Shown piece after piece: positions 49,581 through 63,803 of a DNA stretch of 64,000 bases. Numbering within the stretch: position 1 is the stretch's first letter; each line of letters opens with the position of its first letter. Source of the stretch: Alphaproteobacteria bacterium (lineage in GTDB: Bacteria > Pseudomonadota > Alphaproteobacteria > GCA-2731375); contig CBDDBZ010000039.1 in NCBI GenBank assembly GCA_965225945.1, positions 224,001 through 288,000 of the forward strand. Direction: 5' to 3'. The translations under genes and the position numbers were made by a program. Under the pieces are notes generated by a model, which did no database searches, was not told where the DNA came from, and saw only the letters and a list, made by a program, of their open reading frames with translations.

Positions 49581-51902
49581 ATGACCATGGCGGACGGACG
49601 AGAGCGGCGGCACCATCTCGCGCAGTGGGGTGGCTTCGAGGCGGTGGTGGAGGACGGCCGCTTCGTCGCGGTCGAGCCCTTCGCCAAGGACCCCGCGCCT
49701 TCGCCGATGCTCCAGGCGATGCCCGAAGCGGTCTATCACCGGAACCGGATCGACCGCCCCCATGTGCGCCGAGGCTATCTCGAAAACGGCCCCGATTCGC
49801 GCCAGGCGCGCGGGGCGGAGGCCTATGTCCCGGTCTCCTGGGAGCACGCGCTCGACCTGGTGGCGGGGGAACTCCGCCGCGTCCGCCAGGCGCACGGCAA
49901 CGAGGCGATCTTCGCCGGCTCCTACGGCTGGGCCAGCGCCGGACAGCTGCATCACGCCAAGAGCGTGCTGCAACGCTTCATGGCTTTCCACGGTGGCTAT
50001 GTCGGCCAGATCGGCTCCTACAGCGTCGCCGCCGCGCTCGCCATCGTGCCGCGCGTCGTGGGTTCGGCCGCGCCCTGCGCCGGGCCGGTGACGTCGTGGG
50101 ACAGCATCATCGCCGAAACCCGCCTGTTCGTCGCCTTCGGCGGCCTGCCGCTGCGCAACGATCAGGTCGACCGCGGGGGCGTCGGCGAGCACCGGTTGGG
50201 CGGCTATCTCGCCCGGGCGCGGGCGGCCGGCTGCCGCTTCGTCAACATCTCTCCGGTCCGCTCCGACATGGCGGGCGACGTCGGGCCAGAGTGGCTGGCG
50301 CCGCGACCCAACACCGATACCGCGTTGATGCTGGGCCTGGCCCATACGCTCGCGGCCGAGGGGCTGCACGACCGAGCCTTCCTGGCGAGCCACTGCCACG
50401 GCTATCCGCGTTTTCAGGCCTATCTCCTGGGCGAGAGCGATGGGGTGGCGAAGAACGCCGAGTGGGCCGCCGCCATCGCCGGGCTCGAGCCTGAGACGAT
50501 CCGCGAGCTCGCTCGGGCCATGGCGGCGACGCGGACCATGGTGACGGCGAGCTGGTCGCTGCAGCGGGGCGATCACGGCGAGCAGCCGTTCTGGATGCTG
50601 ATCACGCTGGCGGCGATGCTGGGCCAGATCGGACTTCCCGGCGGCGGCTTCGGGCTCGGCTACGGCTCGCTCGCCGGCATGGGCGCCGCGCGCCGGCCGG
50701 TGAGCGCGCCCAGCTTGCCGAAGCCGGCGAACCCGGTGAAGACGTCGATCCCGGTCGCGCGCATCGCCGACATGCTGCTGAACCCGGGCGCTGCCTACGA
50801 CTTCGACGGCCGCCGGCTCGCCTATCCGGACATCCGCCTGGTCTATTGGTGCGGCGGCAATCCGTTCCACCACCATCAGGACTTGAACCGACTGATCGAG
50901 GCCTGGCGCCGGCCCGAGACCATCGTCGTGCACGAACCTTGGTGGACCGCGACCGCGCGCCACGCCGACATCGTCCTGCCCTCGACCACGACGCTCGAAC
51001 GCAACGACGTCGGTGGCGGCGACCGCGACCGCTTCGTCTTCGCCATGGAACGGGCGATCGATCCGGTGGGCCAGGCGCGGAACGATTTCGACATCTTCAC
51101 CGCGCTCGCCGAGCGGCTGGGCTTCGCCGAGAGCTATACCGAAGGACGCGACGAGATGGGCTGGATCGAGCACATCTACGACGTCGCCCGCCAGCAGGCC
51201 GCCGCCAGCGACGTCGAATGGCCGGATTTCGAGACCTTCTGGCGCGAGGGTCACGTCGAGAGCCCGCCGTTGGACGCGCCCCATGTCATGTTCGCCGAAT
51301 TTCGCGCCGATCCCGAGGCCCATGCGCTGGGGACGCCGACGGGAAAGATCGAGATCCACTCGCCGACGATCGAGAGCTTCGGCTACGACGATTGCCCGGG
51401 GCTGCCGACCTGGATGGCGCCGGTCGAGTGGCTGGGGGCGCCGGAGGCGGCGCGCCATCCGCTGCACATGCTGTCGAGCCAGCCGGGGCCCAGGCTGCAC
51501 AGCCAGCTCGACCAATGCGCCGTCAGCCGGGGCGCCAAGGTGGCGGAGCGGGAACCGATCCTGATGCACGCCCGCGACGCCGAGGCGCGTGGCATCGGGG
51601 AGGGCGATGTCGTGCGTGTGTTCAACGATCGCGGCCAGGTGCTGGCGGGCGCGGTGGTGACGGAGGGCATTCGACCCGGCGTCGTCCAGCTCGCCACCGG
51701 CGCCTGGTACGATCCCACGACGCCGGGCGAGATCGGCACCCTCGACAAGCACGGCAACGCCAACGTGTTGACCCTCGACAAGGGCACCTCGCGCCTCGCC
51801 CAGGGGCCGAGCGCTCACTCGGCGCTGGTCGAGGTCGAGCGCCTGGTCGGCGCGGCCCCGCCCATCACCGCTTTCGACCCGCCGACGGTGGCGGCCGAGT
51901 AA
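49581..51902 (+). CDS. Cytoplasmic Mo-bisMGD S/N-oxide reductase (BisC-like)
   Basis: GSYGWASAG, LQRGDHGEQ, GGNPFHHHQD, RLHSQL and GAWYDP motifs; no Tat signal. Confidence 0.9.
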   Translation: MTMADGRERRHHLAQWGGFEAVVEDGRFVAVEPFAKDPAPSPMLQAMPEAVYHRNRIDRPHVRRGYLENGPDSRQARGAEAYVPVSWEHALDLVAGELRRVRQAHGNEAIFAGSYGWASAGQLHHAKSVLQRFMAFHGGYVGQIGSYSVAAALAIVPRVVGSAAPCAGPVTSWDSIIAETRLFVAFGGLPLRNDQVDRGGVGEHRLGGYLARARAAGCRFVNISPVRSDMAGDVGPEWLAPRPNTDTALMLGLAHTLAAEGLHDRAFLASHCHGYPRFQAYLLGESDGVAKNAEWAAAIAGLEPETIRELARAMAATRTMVTASWSLQRGDHGEQPFWMLITLAAMLGQIGLPGGGFGLGYGSLAGMGAARRPVSAPSLPKPANPVKTSIPVARIADMLLNPGAAYDFDGRRLAYPDIRLVYWCGGNPFHHHQDLNRLIEAWRRPETIVVHEPWWTATARHADIVLPSTTTLERNDVGGGDRDRFVFAMERAIDPVGQARNDFDIFTALAERLGFAESYTEGRDEMGWIEHIYDVARQQAAASDVEWPDFETFWREGHVESPPLDAPHVMFAEFRADPEAHALGTPTGKIEIHSPTIESFGYDDCPGLPTWMAPVEWLGAPEAARHPLHMLSSQPGPRLHSQLDQCAVSRGAKVAEREPILMHARDAEARGIGEGDVVRVFNDRGQVLAGAVVTEGIRPGVVQLATGAWYDPTTPGEIGTLDKHGNANVLTLDKGTSRLAQGPSAHSALVEVERLVGAAPPITAFDPPTVAAE

Positions 51903-51958
51903 TACCAACCGCCATTATTGGCGACTCCCGGGCCAGAGTCTTCGACGATCGCCGCTCG

Positions 51959-52130
51959 CCGGGCCATGCCACGCGCCGCTCTTTGTCGATGGCCGCTCGC
52001 CCGGCGCGCCGGGCCTTCCGCTCCCCCGCCCAACCACCCAGGAGCAGGAGGCCCGGCGCGCCACCTGGCCCGGCCGGATCGCTCGGGTGGTTGGGCGGGG
52101 GAGCGGGAGGCCCGGGCCATGCCACGCGCC
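51959..52130. repeat. Structured intergenic element between convergent genes
   Basis: 29-bp inverted repeat 52011-39 / 52085-113 bracketed by the direct repeat CCGGGCCATGCCACGCGCC (51959 and 52112). Confidence 0.6.
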
Positions 52131-52201
52131 AGCGTGGCGACAAAGAATCGCGGGTGGTTTAGCCGTGCCGGACGATGCCCTGGCGCGGCCGTCGAGCCGC
52201 C

Positions 52202-52675
52202 TCAAACAAATTTGATCTTGATCAGTTCGTAGAGCTTGTGGCCACCGGGCGTGGTCACCTCGACTTCGTCGCCGACCTCCTTGCCGATCAGCGCGCGGGC
52301 CAAGGGCGAGGCGATGGAGAGGCGCTTCTGCTTCACGTCGCTCTCGTCCTCGCCGACGATCTGGAAATGCATCTCGGCCTCGGTGTCGTCGTCGATCAGG
52401 GTGACGGTGGCGCCGAACTTGACGGTACTGCCCGAGAGCTTGGAGGCATCGATCACCTGGGCCCGGGAGACCTTGTCCTCGAGCTCCGCGACCCGCGTCT
52501 CGACGAAGGCCTGGCGTTCCTTGGCGGCATGATATTCCGCGTTCTCCGAGAGATCGCCGTGGGCCCGTGCCTCCTCCAGCGCACGCGATATCGCCGGACG
52601 CTCCTCCGTCTTCAGGCGCTTCAGCTCCTCCTCGAGCTGTGCGAAACCTTGGGCGGTCATGGGAAATTTGCTCAT
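52202..52675 (-). CDS. greA: Transcription elongation factor GreA
   Basis: [18 protein letters not shown] and [10 protein letters not shown] motifs. Confidence 0.97.
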   Translation of the reverse strand: MSKFPMTAQGFAQLEEELKRLKTEERPAISRALEEARAHGDLSENAEYHAAKERQAFVETRVAELEDKVSRAQVIDASKLSGSTVKFGATVTLIDDDTEAEMHFQIVGEDESDVKQKRLSIASPLARALIGKEVGDEVEVTTPGGHKLYELIKIKFV

Positions 52676-52720
52676 CCGCGGCCTGCTCGCTGATCGCCGC
52701 CGCCCCGGCGGCGACAGCCT

Positions 52721-55957
<3,237 letters not shown>

Positions 55958-56053
55958 CCGGCGCGAGCTCCACTCAGGCTACGATGGGGCGGCCGAGGGC
56001 CGCGCCCGGCTGGTACTCCCCAGGGCGCCGCGATGCAACGGGCGAGGCTGTGC

Positions 56054-56449
56054 TCAGCCGCTCGGCGTGAAGAGCGGGACCGCCTGGCCGTCCTCGGCCG
56101 GCTTGAAGGTCACCTTGACCGCCTGGTCGATGTGCACCGAATCGGGGTCGCAGTCGACGATGTTGGTCATCATCGTCACCCCTTCGTCGAGGGTGACGTA
56201 GGCCATCACGAAGGGCGTCTCGGCGCGGCGCATCACCGAATAGCTGTAGACCTTGCCGGTACCCTTGGCCTCGTACCACTCGGTGGCGCTGCTCTGGCAG
56301 TGCGGGCAATGGACGCGGGGGTAGAAATGCGTCCTGGAGCACGCGGTGCAACGCTTCAACAGCAGCTTGCCTTCGTTGGCGCCGTCCCAATAGGCCCTCG
56401 TCTCCTCGTTGACCACCGGTGCGGAATAGGTTCTGGACGAGGCGTTCAT
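56054..56449 (-). CDS. Zn-ribbon OB-fold protein (DUF35)
   Basis: CTACS, CPHC, GKVYSYS and TLDEGV motifs. Confidence 0.9.
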   Translation of the reverse strand: MNASSRTYSAPVVNEETRAYWDGANEGKLLLKRCTACSRTHFYPRVHCPHCQSSATEWYEAKGTGKVYSYSVMRRAETPFVMAYVTLDEGVTMMTNIVDCDPDSVHIDQAVKVTFKPAEDGQAVPLFTPSG

Positions 56450-57621
56450 GCGTCGCTCCTTCCGAGAATGACGGTGGCGCTGCCCATGCGCGTCGCGATC
56501 GAGCCGCCGGTGCCGTGCGCCAGCGCCAGGGCGCAGTCCTTCACCTGGACCGCCGGATGGGCCTCGCCCCGGACCTGGCGGACCGCTTCCAGCACTTTGG
56601 TGAGGCCGCCGCGATTGCCCGGGTGGTTGTTGCAGAGGCCGCCACCGTCGGTGTTGAAGGGCAGCTTGCCCTGCCCCGAGATCAGGTTGCCGTCGGCGAC
56701 GAACTTGCCACCCTCGCCCCGGGCGCAGAAGCCCAGATCCTCGATCGTCAGCACCACGGTGATGGTGAAGGAATCATAGATCGAGGCGTAGTCGATGTCG
56801 CCGGGCGCGACGCCGGCCTCGGCGAAGGCGCGGGGACCGGAATAGGCGCCGCCGGTGAACGTCAGATCGACGGCGCCGGCATTGAGATGCTTCACCGCCT
56901 CGCCGTGGCCGAGGATCTTGACCGCCCGCTCGCCGAGCGATTTGGCGACCTCCGGGCTCACCACCACGATCGCGCCGCCGCCATCGGAGATCACGCAGCA
57001 GTCCAAACGGTGCAGCGGGTCGGCGATCATCGGCGAATTGACCACGTCCTCCACCGTCACCACCTTGCGCAGCATGGCATGCTCGTTGTGCTGGGCGTGG
57101 TGCGAGGCGGCGACCTTGACCCAGGCGAGCTGCTCGGAGGTGGTGGCGAACTCGTGCATGTGGCGCATCGCCGCCATGGCGTACATGTTGACGACGGTGG
57201 GTCCGTAAACCGATTCGAAGCCGATCTCGGGGGCGGTCGCCGGATAGACCCGGGGCGCGGTGCCGGTCGCCACGCCCTCGGCCCGGGGCCGCCCGGCCAG
57301 CGTGATCAGCGCGACGTTGCACTTGCCCAGCGCGATCGCCTCCAGCGCGTGACCGACATGGATCACGTAGGAGGAGCCGCCGGTGTCGGTCGAATCGACG
57401 TGTTTCACGTCGAGGCCCAGGTATTCGACCATCGAGAGCGGACCCAGGCCGGGCGCATCGCCGGCGCAGAAATAGGCATCGACGTCGGCCATGGCGAGGC
57501 CGGCATCGGCCAGCGCGCCGAGCGCCGACTCGGCGTGGATTTGTGCGAGCGTGATACCCTCGGCGTGGCGGACGGGGTGTTCGTGGATGCCGGCAATGTA
57601 TGCCTTGCCTCGCAAGCTCAT
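56446..57621 (-). CDS. Thiolase domain protein (SCP-x type)
   Basis: DCCVISDGGGA, IYDSFT and NTDGGGLCNNHP motifs. Confidence 0.92.
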   Translation of the reverse strand: MSLRGKAYIAGIHEHPVRHAEGITLAQIHAESALGALADAGLAMADVDAYFCAGDAPGLGPLSMVEYLGLDVKHVDSTDTGGSSYVIHVGHALEAIALGKCNVALITLAGRPRAEGVATGTAPRVYPATAPEIGFESVYGPTVVNMYAMAAMRHMHEFATTSEQLAWVKVAASHHAQHNEHAMLRKVVTVEDVVNSPMIADPLHRLDCCVISDGGGAIVVVSPEVAKSLGERAVKILGHGEAVKHLNAGAVDLTFTGGAYSGPRAFAEAGVAPGDIDYASIYDSFTITVVLTIEDLGFCARGEGGKFVADGNLISGQGKLPFNTDGGGLCNNHPGNRGGLTKVLEAVRQVRGEAHPAVQVKDCALALAHGTGGSIATRMGSATVILGRSDA

Positions 57622-57794
57622 GCGGTCTTGCTCCTTCGCCCTCTGTTCGGTGATCCCCTTGGAGGGAGCTCATGGTGTCGCCGGGCGGGCGGCCGCATGG
57701 CCGGGCGGCGACGTCCGCAAGCTACCCCAGCTCGGCGTGCCGGGGAAACAAGAAATAGACTTGAGCCCCCGCCACCAGCGCACGGAGTCTCGCT

Positions 57795-58637
57795 ATGCGC
57801 CTCGCCCTCTCCGTCCGCGTCGCCGAGGCGCCCCGGGCCAAGGACCGCTTCACCGTGGCGTTCGAGGATCTCGCGCGCCGCGCCGCCGAGGCCGGCTTCG
57901 AGGGCCTGTCGATCCGCCCCTCGGTGGTCGCGATCGCCTCGCCCGAGGCGCGCATCGAGGAAGTGCGCCGGGTGCTGGAGCGCCACGGCCTGGCCGCCTC
58001 CATGGTGACCGGTGAATTGTCGCTCGCGCTCAACGACGCGGGCGCGAGCGCGGCCGTTCGCAATATCGAGCCGCACCTCGATCTGGCGGCGAAGCTGGGG
58101 ACGGCGCGGGTTCGGGTGATGCTGCACGAGGCGGCGGACATTCCCCACGCGCGGCGCGCGGCGGAGGCGGCCCGCGCGCGCGGCCTGACGCTCTGCCACC
58201 AGACCCACTGGGGCAGCCTCTGCGAGACGGTGGAGACCAGCCTGGAGACGCTGACCAGCGTCGATTCGGCGGGCTTCGCGCTGACTTTCGAGCCGGCCAA
58301 CCTGCTGGCGGGCGAGGGCGATGCCGGCATCGACGCGCTGCCCCGCCTGGCACCGTATCTCGGCAACGTCTACTACCAGAACCTCGCCCTCGATCCCGCC
58401 TCGAGCACGCACTTTCCGACCCGGGCGCGGGGTCCGGTCGGCGTCCGCTTCCTGCCGCTGGGCGATCCGGCCGGCATCGATCCCGCGCCGCTGGTCCGGG
58501 CGTTGCGGGCGATCGAGTATCGAGGCTGGCTCACGGTGCACCAGCCGCTGTTGGCGGGAGAGGCGGTCGAGACCGTGATCGAGACCGCCGGCCGCCTGTT
58601 CCGCCGCTTGCTCCAACGGACCCAGCGGACTGCTTAA
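57795..58637 (+). CDS. Sugar phosphate isomerase/epimerase (xylose isomerase-like TIM barrel)
   Basis: AAEAGFEGL, FEPANL and IEYRGWLTV motifs. Confidence 0.75.
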   Translation: MRLALSVRVAEAPRAKDRFTVAFEDLARRAAEAGFEGLSIRPSVVAIASPEARIEEVRRVLERHGLAASMVTGELSLALNDAGASAAVRNIEPHLDLAAKLGTARVRVMLHEAADIPHARRAAEAARARGLTLCHQTHWGSLCETVETSLETLTSVDSAGFALTFEPANLLAGEGDAGIDALPRLAPYLGNVYYQNLALDPASSTHFPTRARGPVGVRFLPLGDPAGIDPAPLVRALRAIEYRGWLTVHQPLLAGEAVETVIETAGRLFRRLLQRTQRTA

Positions 58638-58886
58638 GCATGATCCGCTCACCCGGAATCGCCCGGCCGAGCCTTCGTTACAGGTCGCGCGGGTCTCGTC
58701 GGCGCGGACGAGCGGAGCGAAGCACCGCAATTCAGGCGTCGATGCCGAGTCCGTCGTCACGGCGCGGGGCGCCACCCTGAGGATAAGGGACAGCGGCCGG
58801 GAGGAGCGTGTGGTTCATATCACCGATGGATTAGGTGATCCAAACGCCCTAAACTTGGCAAGGTCTCCGCTTTAGCCGAGGCAAGA

Positions 58887-59598
58887 ATGGCGCACAATGT
58901 CGGCGAATGGCTTCTACAGCTGGGTCTTGGCAATTACGCCGACGCGTTCACTGAGAACGATGTCGAGTTCGAAGAGTTGTCGGAGCTGAGCGACGATGAT
59001 CTAAGTCAGCTCGGCCTATCGCTTGGCCATCGACGCAAGTTCTTGAAGGCAGTAGCCGAACTAACCGCTGGTGCTGCTCAGCCTGAGACACCGACGGACA
59101 TAGCCGAAGCATCGCCAGCATCGACAAAGCGCGCAGAAGCCGAGCGCCGGCAGCTAACCGTGATGTTCTGCGATCTTGTCGGTTCGACCGAGCTTTCAAC
59201 CCGACTCGACCCGGAAGACCTGCGCGAGATCATGCGGCGCTATCAGGATGCGGTGGCGGGCGCGGTGACGCGCTACGGCGGCCATGTGGCGAAGTATTTG
59301 GGCGACGGTATGCTGGCTTACTTCGGTTGGCCGCAGGCTCATGAGGATCAGGCGGAACGGGCGGTACGCGCGGGCCTGGACGCGGTTGAGGCCGTGAGTG
59401 ATGTTCAAGTTGCCGATAAGCGCGCGTTGGAGGCACGTATCGGCATTGCCACCGGGCAGGTCGTTGTCGGCGACCTTGTCGGTGAAAGCGACCGCGATCG
59501 GGAAGCGGTGAGCGGCGAAACCCCCAACCTCGCGGCACGCCTTCAGGGTGTTGCTGAACCGGGACAAGTCGTGATTGGCAAGGCCACGCACCGCCTAG
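58887..59598 (+). pseudogene. SAM + class III adenylate/guanylate cyclase, truncated at IS1182
   Basis: SAM domain WLLQLGLGNYADAF; ERRQLTVMFCDLVGST, YLGDG and GETPNLAARLQ; no cyclase-like continuation beyond the IS. Confidence 0.85.
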
Positions 59599-61211
59599 CA
59601 GCCTGTCGGACTTGAGCCGAGGGGTGTGATCTGATTCGATGGCATCGGTTGATTCGCCCGCGATTGATGGAGGCCGTGATGAGCAACTTCCGAGCGGTGG
59701 ACCGCGAGACGGGGTTTCTGCTGCCGCCGTCGGTGGATGAATGGCTTCCCGAGCGGCATCTGGCGCGCTTCGTGGTCGAGGTGATCGAGCAGTTGGACCT
59801 CTCGGCGTTCGTGAAGGCCTATCGCGGCTCGGGCTCGGCGTCCTATCACCCGAGCGTGCTGCTGGGGCTTCTGGTCTACGGCTACGCCACGGGAGTGTTT
59901 TCGAGCCGCAAGCTGGAGCGCGCGAGCTATGATTCGGTGGCCTTCCGCTTCATCGCCGCCAACGACCATCCCGACCACGACACCATCGCCAGCTTCCGGC
60001 GGCGCTTTCTCGTTTCGATCGAAGGGCTGTTCGTCGAGGTGCTGCTGCTGGCTCGGGAAACCGGGCTGCTGAAGCTGGGCACGGTGGCGCTGGACGGCAC
60101 CAAGGTGCATGCCAACGCGAGCCGCCACAGTGCCTTGTCGTGGAAACACGCCTGCGAGATCGAAGCCCGGTTGAAGGCCGAGGTGGTGGAACTGATGAGG
60201 CTGGCGGAGGCGGCCGATGCGGCGGATGTGCCGGACGGGATGTCGGTACCGGAAGAACTGGCCCGGCGCGAGGATCGTCTGGCCCGCATCGCCGAGGCCA
60301 AGGCGGCGATCGAGGCGCGGGCGCGCGAACGCCATGAGCGGGAGCGGGCCGAGTACGAGGCGAAGCTCTAGGCGCGCGCGGAGAAGGCCGAGAAGACGGG
60401 CCGCAAGCCGGGCGGCCGTCCGCCCAAGCCGCCGGTGGCCGGGCCCGGGCCGAAGGACCAAGTCAATCTGACGGACGCGGACTCGCGCATCATGCCGGTG
60501 GCCGGCGGTGGCTTCGAACAGTCTTACAACGCCCAGGCCACGGTGGCGGTCGACAGCCTGCTGGTGGTCACCAACGATGTGGTCCAGGCCCCCAACGACA
60601 AGCAACACATCGAGCCGGCGCTGGAAGCGCTCGAGCGGCTCTCCGAGGCGCTGGGCGCGCCCGAGACCCTGCTGGCGGACAGCGGCTACTTCAGCGAGGC
60701 CAACGTGAAGGCCTGCGCCGAGGCCGGGATCGCGCCGCTGATCGCGCCCGCTCGGGAGCACCATCATCTCTCCTGGAAGGACCGCTTCGCCGGAGCACCG
60801 CCGCCCCCGGAGAACCCGACGCCGCTGGAAGCGATGCGCCATCGACTGGCCTCGCCCGAGGGCCGGCAACTCTACGCCCTGCGCAAGCAAACGCCGGAAC
60901 CGGTGTTCGGCATCATCAAATCGGTGATGGGCTTCCGCCAGTTCTCGCTACGCGGCCTGGACAAGGTCAGGGGCGAATGGAACTTGGTGACCCTGGCTTG
61001 GAACATCAAAAGAATGTTCACCCTGCAATACGCGTGAGCAAGCGGCCCAACTCCGTGTCCTCGCGAAAGGGCCTAAAGTGTATGCTCGCCTCGCGATACA
61101 CGCGAGCAAGCGGCCGGACGCCATGTCCTCACGAAAGATGCCCGAACCCATGACCTCTCCACATCCCGATCCGTCCACACCCCTTCTCGCGGACCTCAGT
61201 CCGACAGGCTG
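59599..61211 (+). mobile_element. IS1182 family insertion sequence; transposase 59679-61037 with an in-frame TAG at 60369
   Basis: IRs CAGCCTGTCGGACT / AGTCCGACAGGCTG flanked by CTAG; PDHDTIA, LDGTKVHANAS, NLTDADSRIM, ADSGY and EPVFGIIK motifs. Confidence 0.92.
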
Positions 61212-61320
61212 CTAGTCCGAGATTTTCCAGACGACTCCCGCCAAACACCGGAAGCGCTTGCGTGCCGGTTTTGCTCGACCCGTTCGTTCCGATTGCGTAA
61301 CGAACGGGGTGAGCCGGCCG

Positions 61321-62817
61321 TTACCGCGAGGCTCGCCGCGCCCTCTCCGTGTCGCCGCGCCGGAGCGCGCGTCCCGGCCGCGCGCCGGTCGCCGCGCCGT
61401 GACGCCACGCGGTCTCGCCGTTGACAATCACTTCGCCGATCCCCGCCGCCGCCAGCTTCGGCTCGTCGAAGGTCGCGCGATCGGCGATCGTCGCGGGATC
61501 GAACAGCACCAGATCGGCATAATGGCCGACGCGGAGCAGGCCGCGTTTCCGCAAGCCGAATTCGCCCGCCGGCAAGCCGGTCATCCGCCGCACCGCCTCG
61601 GCGAGCGACAGCACGCCCTCGTCGCGCGCATAATGCCCCAGCACCCGGGGAAAGGTGCCCCAGAGGCGGGGATGGGGATGGCTATCCGAGGGCAGCCCGT
61701 CGGAGCCGATCATGCTCGCCTCGAAGGCCATGATCCGGCGGACGTCGGCCTCGTCCATCATGAAGTAGGCGGCGCCGGCCGGCTGTAGCAGCTCCATCGC
61801 CTCCGCCGTTCCGACCCCGAGTTCTGCCGCCACCTCGTCGAGGTCGCGGCCCGCGGCCTCGGGTCGGGCCTTGCTCCAGGTGATCAGCGTGCGGGCCGCG
61901 AGCCCGGCCAATTCCGGCAACAGCACGGAAGAGCCGGCGATATAGGGATAGAGATCCAGCCCCAAGCGCTGCTCGCCGCGCAATCGCGCGATCAGCGCCA
62001 GGGTCTCGACGCTGCGCCCGTGGTTGGCGGCACCGGTGCATTTGTGGTGCGAGATGATGACCTGAATATCGGCGTGCCGCGCGATGGCCGCGGCCTCCTC
62101 GATCGCTTCCAGCACATGGTCGCCCTCGTCGCGGATGTGGGCGGTGTAGATCCCGTCGCCCTCCGTCAGCATCTCGGCGATCGCCGCCACCTCCTCGGTC
62201 CGCGCGGCCCGGGCCGGCGGATAAAACAGGCCGCTCGACATGCCGATGGCGCCGGCCTCCATCGCCTCGGCCATCAGCGTGCGCATGGTCTCGATCTCAG
62301 CCTCGGTCGCGGGGCGGTCGAGCCGATCCATGGCGTCGTGGCGCAGCACGGAATGGCCGACCAGCGCCACCGCGTTGGTCGCCGCCGGCGCGGCGTCGAG
62401 GGCGGTGAAATAGTCTCCCAGGCTCGGGAAACAGTATTCCTCGCGATCTGCCAGCAGTTCGAACGGCGGCGGCGGCAGGCCCGGCCGGGTCAGCGGCGCG
62501 AGCGAGATACCGCAGTTGCCGACGACGACGGTGGTGACGCCCTGGCTGGTCTTGGCCGGCATCTCGGGCGTCGCCAGCAGCGCGCGGTCGTCATGGGTGT
62601 GAACGTCGATGAAGCCCGGCGCCAGCGCCAGCCCGACGCCTGCGATCTCGCGGGCCGCCCGGGTCGCGCCCAAGTCGCCGAGGCCGGTGATTCGATCGCC
62701 GGAGACCGCGAGATCGCCGAGCCGGGGCGCCCCACCGCTGCCGTCCAGGAGCAAGGCGCCCCGGACGACCAGATCGGCGTGTGACGGCACACCGTCGGCC
62801 GTACCCGCCTCAGGCAT
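61321..62817 (-). CDS. N-acyl-D-amino-acid deacylase (D-aminoacylase)
   Basis: PGFIDVHTHDD, GNCGIS, HIRDE and HPRLWGTFPRVLG motifs. Confidence 0.92.
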   Translation of the reverse strand: MPEAGTADGVPSHADLVVRGALLLDGSGGAPRLGDLAVSGDRITGLGDLGATRAAREIAGVGLALAPGFIDVHTHDDRALLATPEMPAKTSQGVTTVVVGNCGISLAPLTRPGLPPPPFELLADREEYCFPSLGDYFTALDAAPAATNAVALVGHSVLRHDAMDRLDRPATEAEIETMRTLMAEAMEAGAIGMSSGLFYPPARAARTEEVAAIAEMLTEGDGIYTAHIRDEGDHVLEAIEEAAAIARHADIQVIISHHKCTGAANHGRSVETLALIARLRGEQRLGLDLYPYIAGSSVLLPELAGLAARTLITWSKARPEAAGRDLDEVAAELGVGTAEAMELLQPAGAAYFMMDEADVRRIMAFEASMIGSDGLPSDSHPHPRLWGTFPRVLGHYARDEGVLSLAEAVRRMTGLPAGEFGLRKRGLLRVGHYADLVLFDPATIADRATFDEPKLAAAGIGEVIVNGETAWRHGAATGARPGRALRRGDTERARRASR

Positions 62818-63598
62818 TCTGCAGCGCCCGCATCTCGGCCGCCCGCTCGCTCGCCGCCGCCATCATCAACGGCAGATCGTTGCCGGCGAGCAGCAGGCGG
62901 ACACCCATCTCGACATAGCGCCGCATCAACGGCGGGTCGTAGACGCCGCCCATGCCGGCCCACTTGCCGTTGGCCGCGCAGGCCGCGATCACCCGCTCGT
63001 AGGCCTCGACCACGCGTGGATCGCCGACCTGGCCCGGAATCCCCATCTCCATGCAGAGGTCGTTGGTGCCGATCAGCAGGGCGTCGATGCCCTCGATGGC
63101 GGCGATCGCCTCGACGTTCAGAATTGCCGTCGGGGTTTCCAGCATCACGATCAGCAGCGTCGTGTCGTTGATCAATTTCGTGGTCTCGCTCATCGCCAAG
63201 CGCTCGAAGTCGATCTGCGCCAGGCTGCTGGTCACCGAGCGGTGGCCGATCGGGGGATAGCGGCAGTTCTCGACCATCTGGGCCGCGACCTCGGGCGTGT
63301 CGACATGCGGCACCACGACGCCCAAGGCGCCGCCGTCGAGCACGCGGGTGGCGTGAAAGTGCTGGAAGCCGGGCACCCGAACGATGGCCGTGATGCCGGC
63401 GTCCTGGGCCGCGACGCTGATCTGCGCCGCCATGTCGATCGACATGGTGTTGTGCTCCATATCGATGAAGATCCAGTCGTAGCCGCACTGGCGCATGATC
63501 TTGGCGATGTCCACGGTCCGGGCCTGGCGCAGCCCGACGCCGATGGCGAGCTCGCCGGCCTCCAGGCGATCGCGCGCGGGATTCGAAATCTTGCTCAT
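62810..63598 (-). CDS. HpcH/HpaI aldolase family protein
   Basis: FIDMEH, RYPPIGHRS, MLET and IGTNDL motifs. Confidence 0.9.
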   Translation of the reverse strand: MSKISNPARDRLEAGELAIGVGLRQARTVDIAKIMRQCGYDWIFIDMEHNTMSIDMAAQISVAAQDAGITAIVRVPGFQHFHATRVLDGGALGVVVPHVDTPEVAAQMVENCRYPPIGHRSVTSSLAQIDFERLAMSETTKLINDTTLLIVMLETPTAILNVEAIAAIEGIDALLIGTNDLCMEMGIPGQVGDPRVVEAYERVIAACAANGKWAGMGGVYDPPLMRRYVEMGVRLLLAGNDLPLMMAAASERAAEMRALQNA

Positions 63599-63803
63599 GG
63601 TTGTCCGTCCCTCCCCCGACCGGATGGCGCCGGCCGTCCGAAGGCGAGCATATAGCATTCGCGCCGACGGGCGACTCCGGCGAGCGCGGGGGCGAAATTT
63701 ACCTGAACGGCGGATGAACGGGGGCCTCAGATTGGGTTCAGGCGGCGGCGGGCATAGTCCCGCCATCGCTTACGACAAACGACGTCCGGGGAAGGAAATC
63801 ACC

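Noticed and set aside
58887-59598. SAM-cyclase as a cyclic-nucleotide defence system (Pycsar/CBASS-like)
   Set aside because: It is the common alphaproteobacterial SAM-cyclase architecture, truncated, with no adjacent effector gene.
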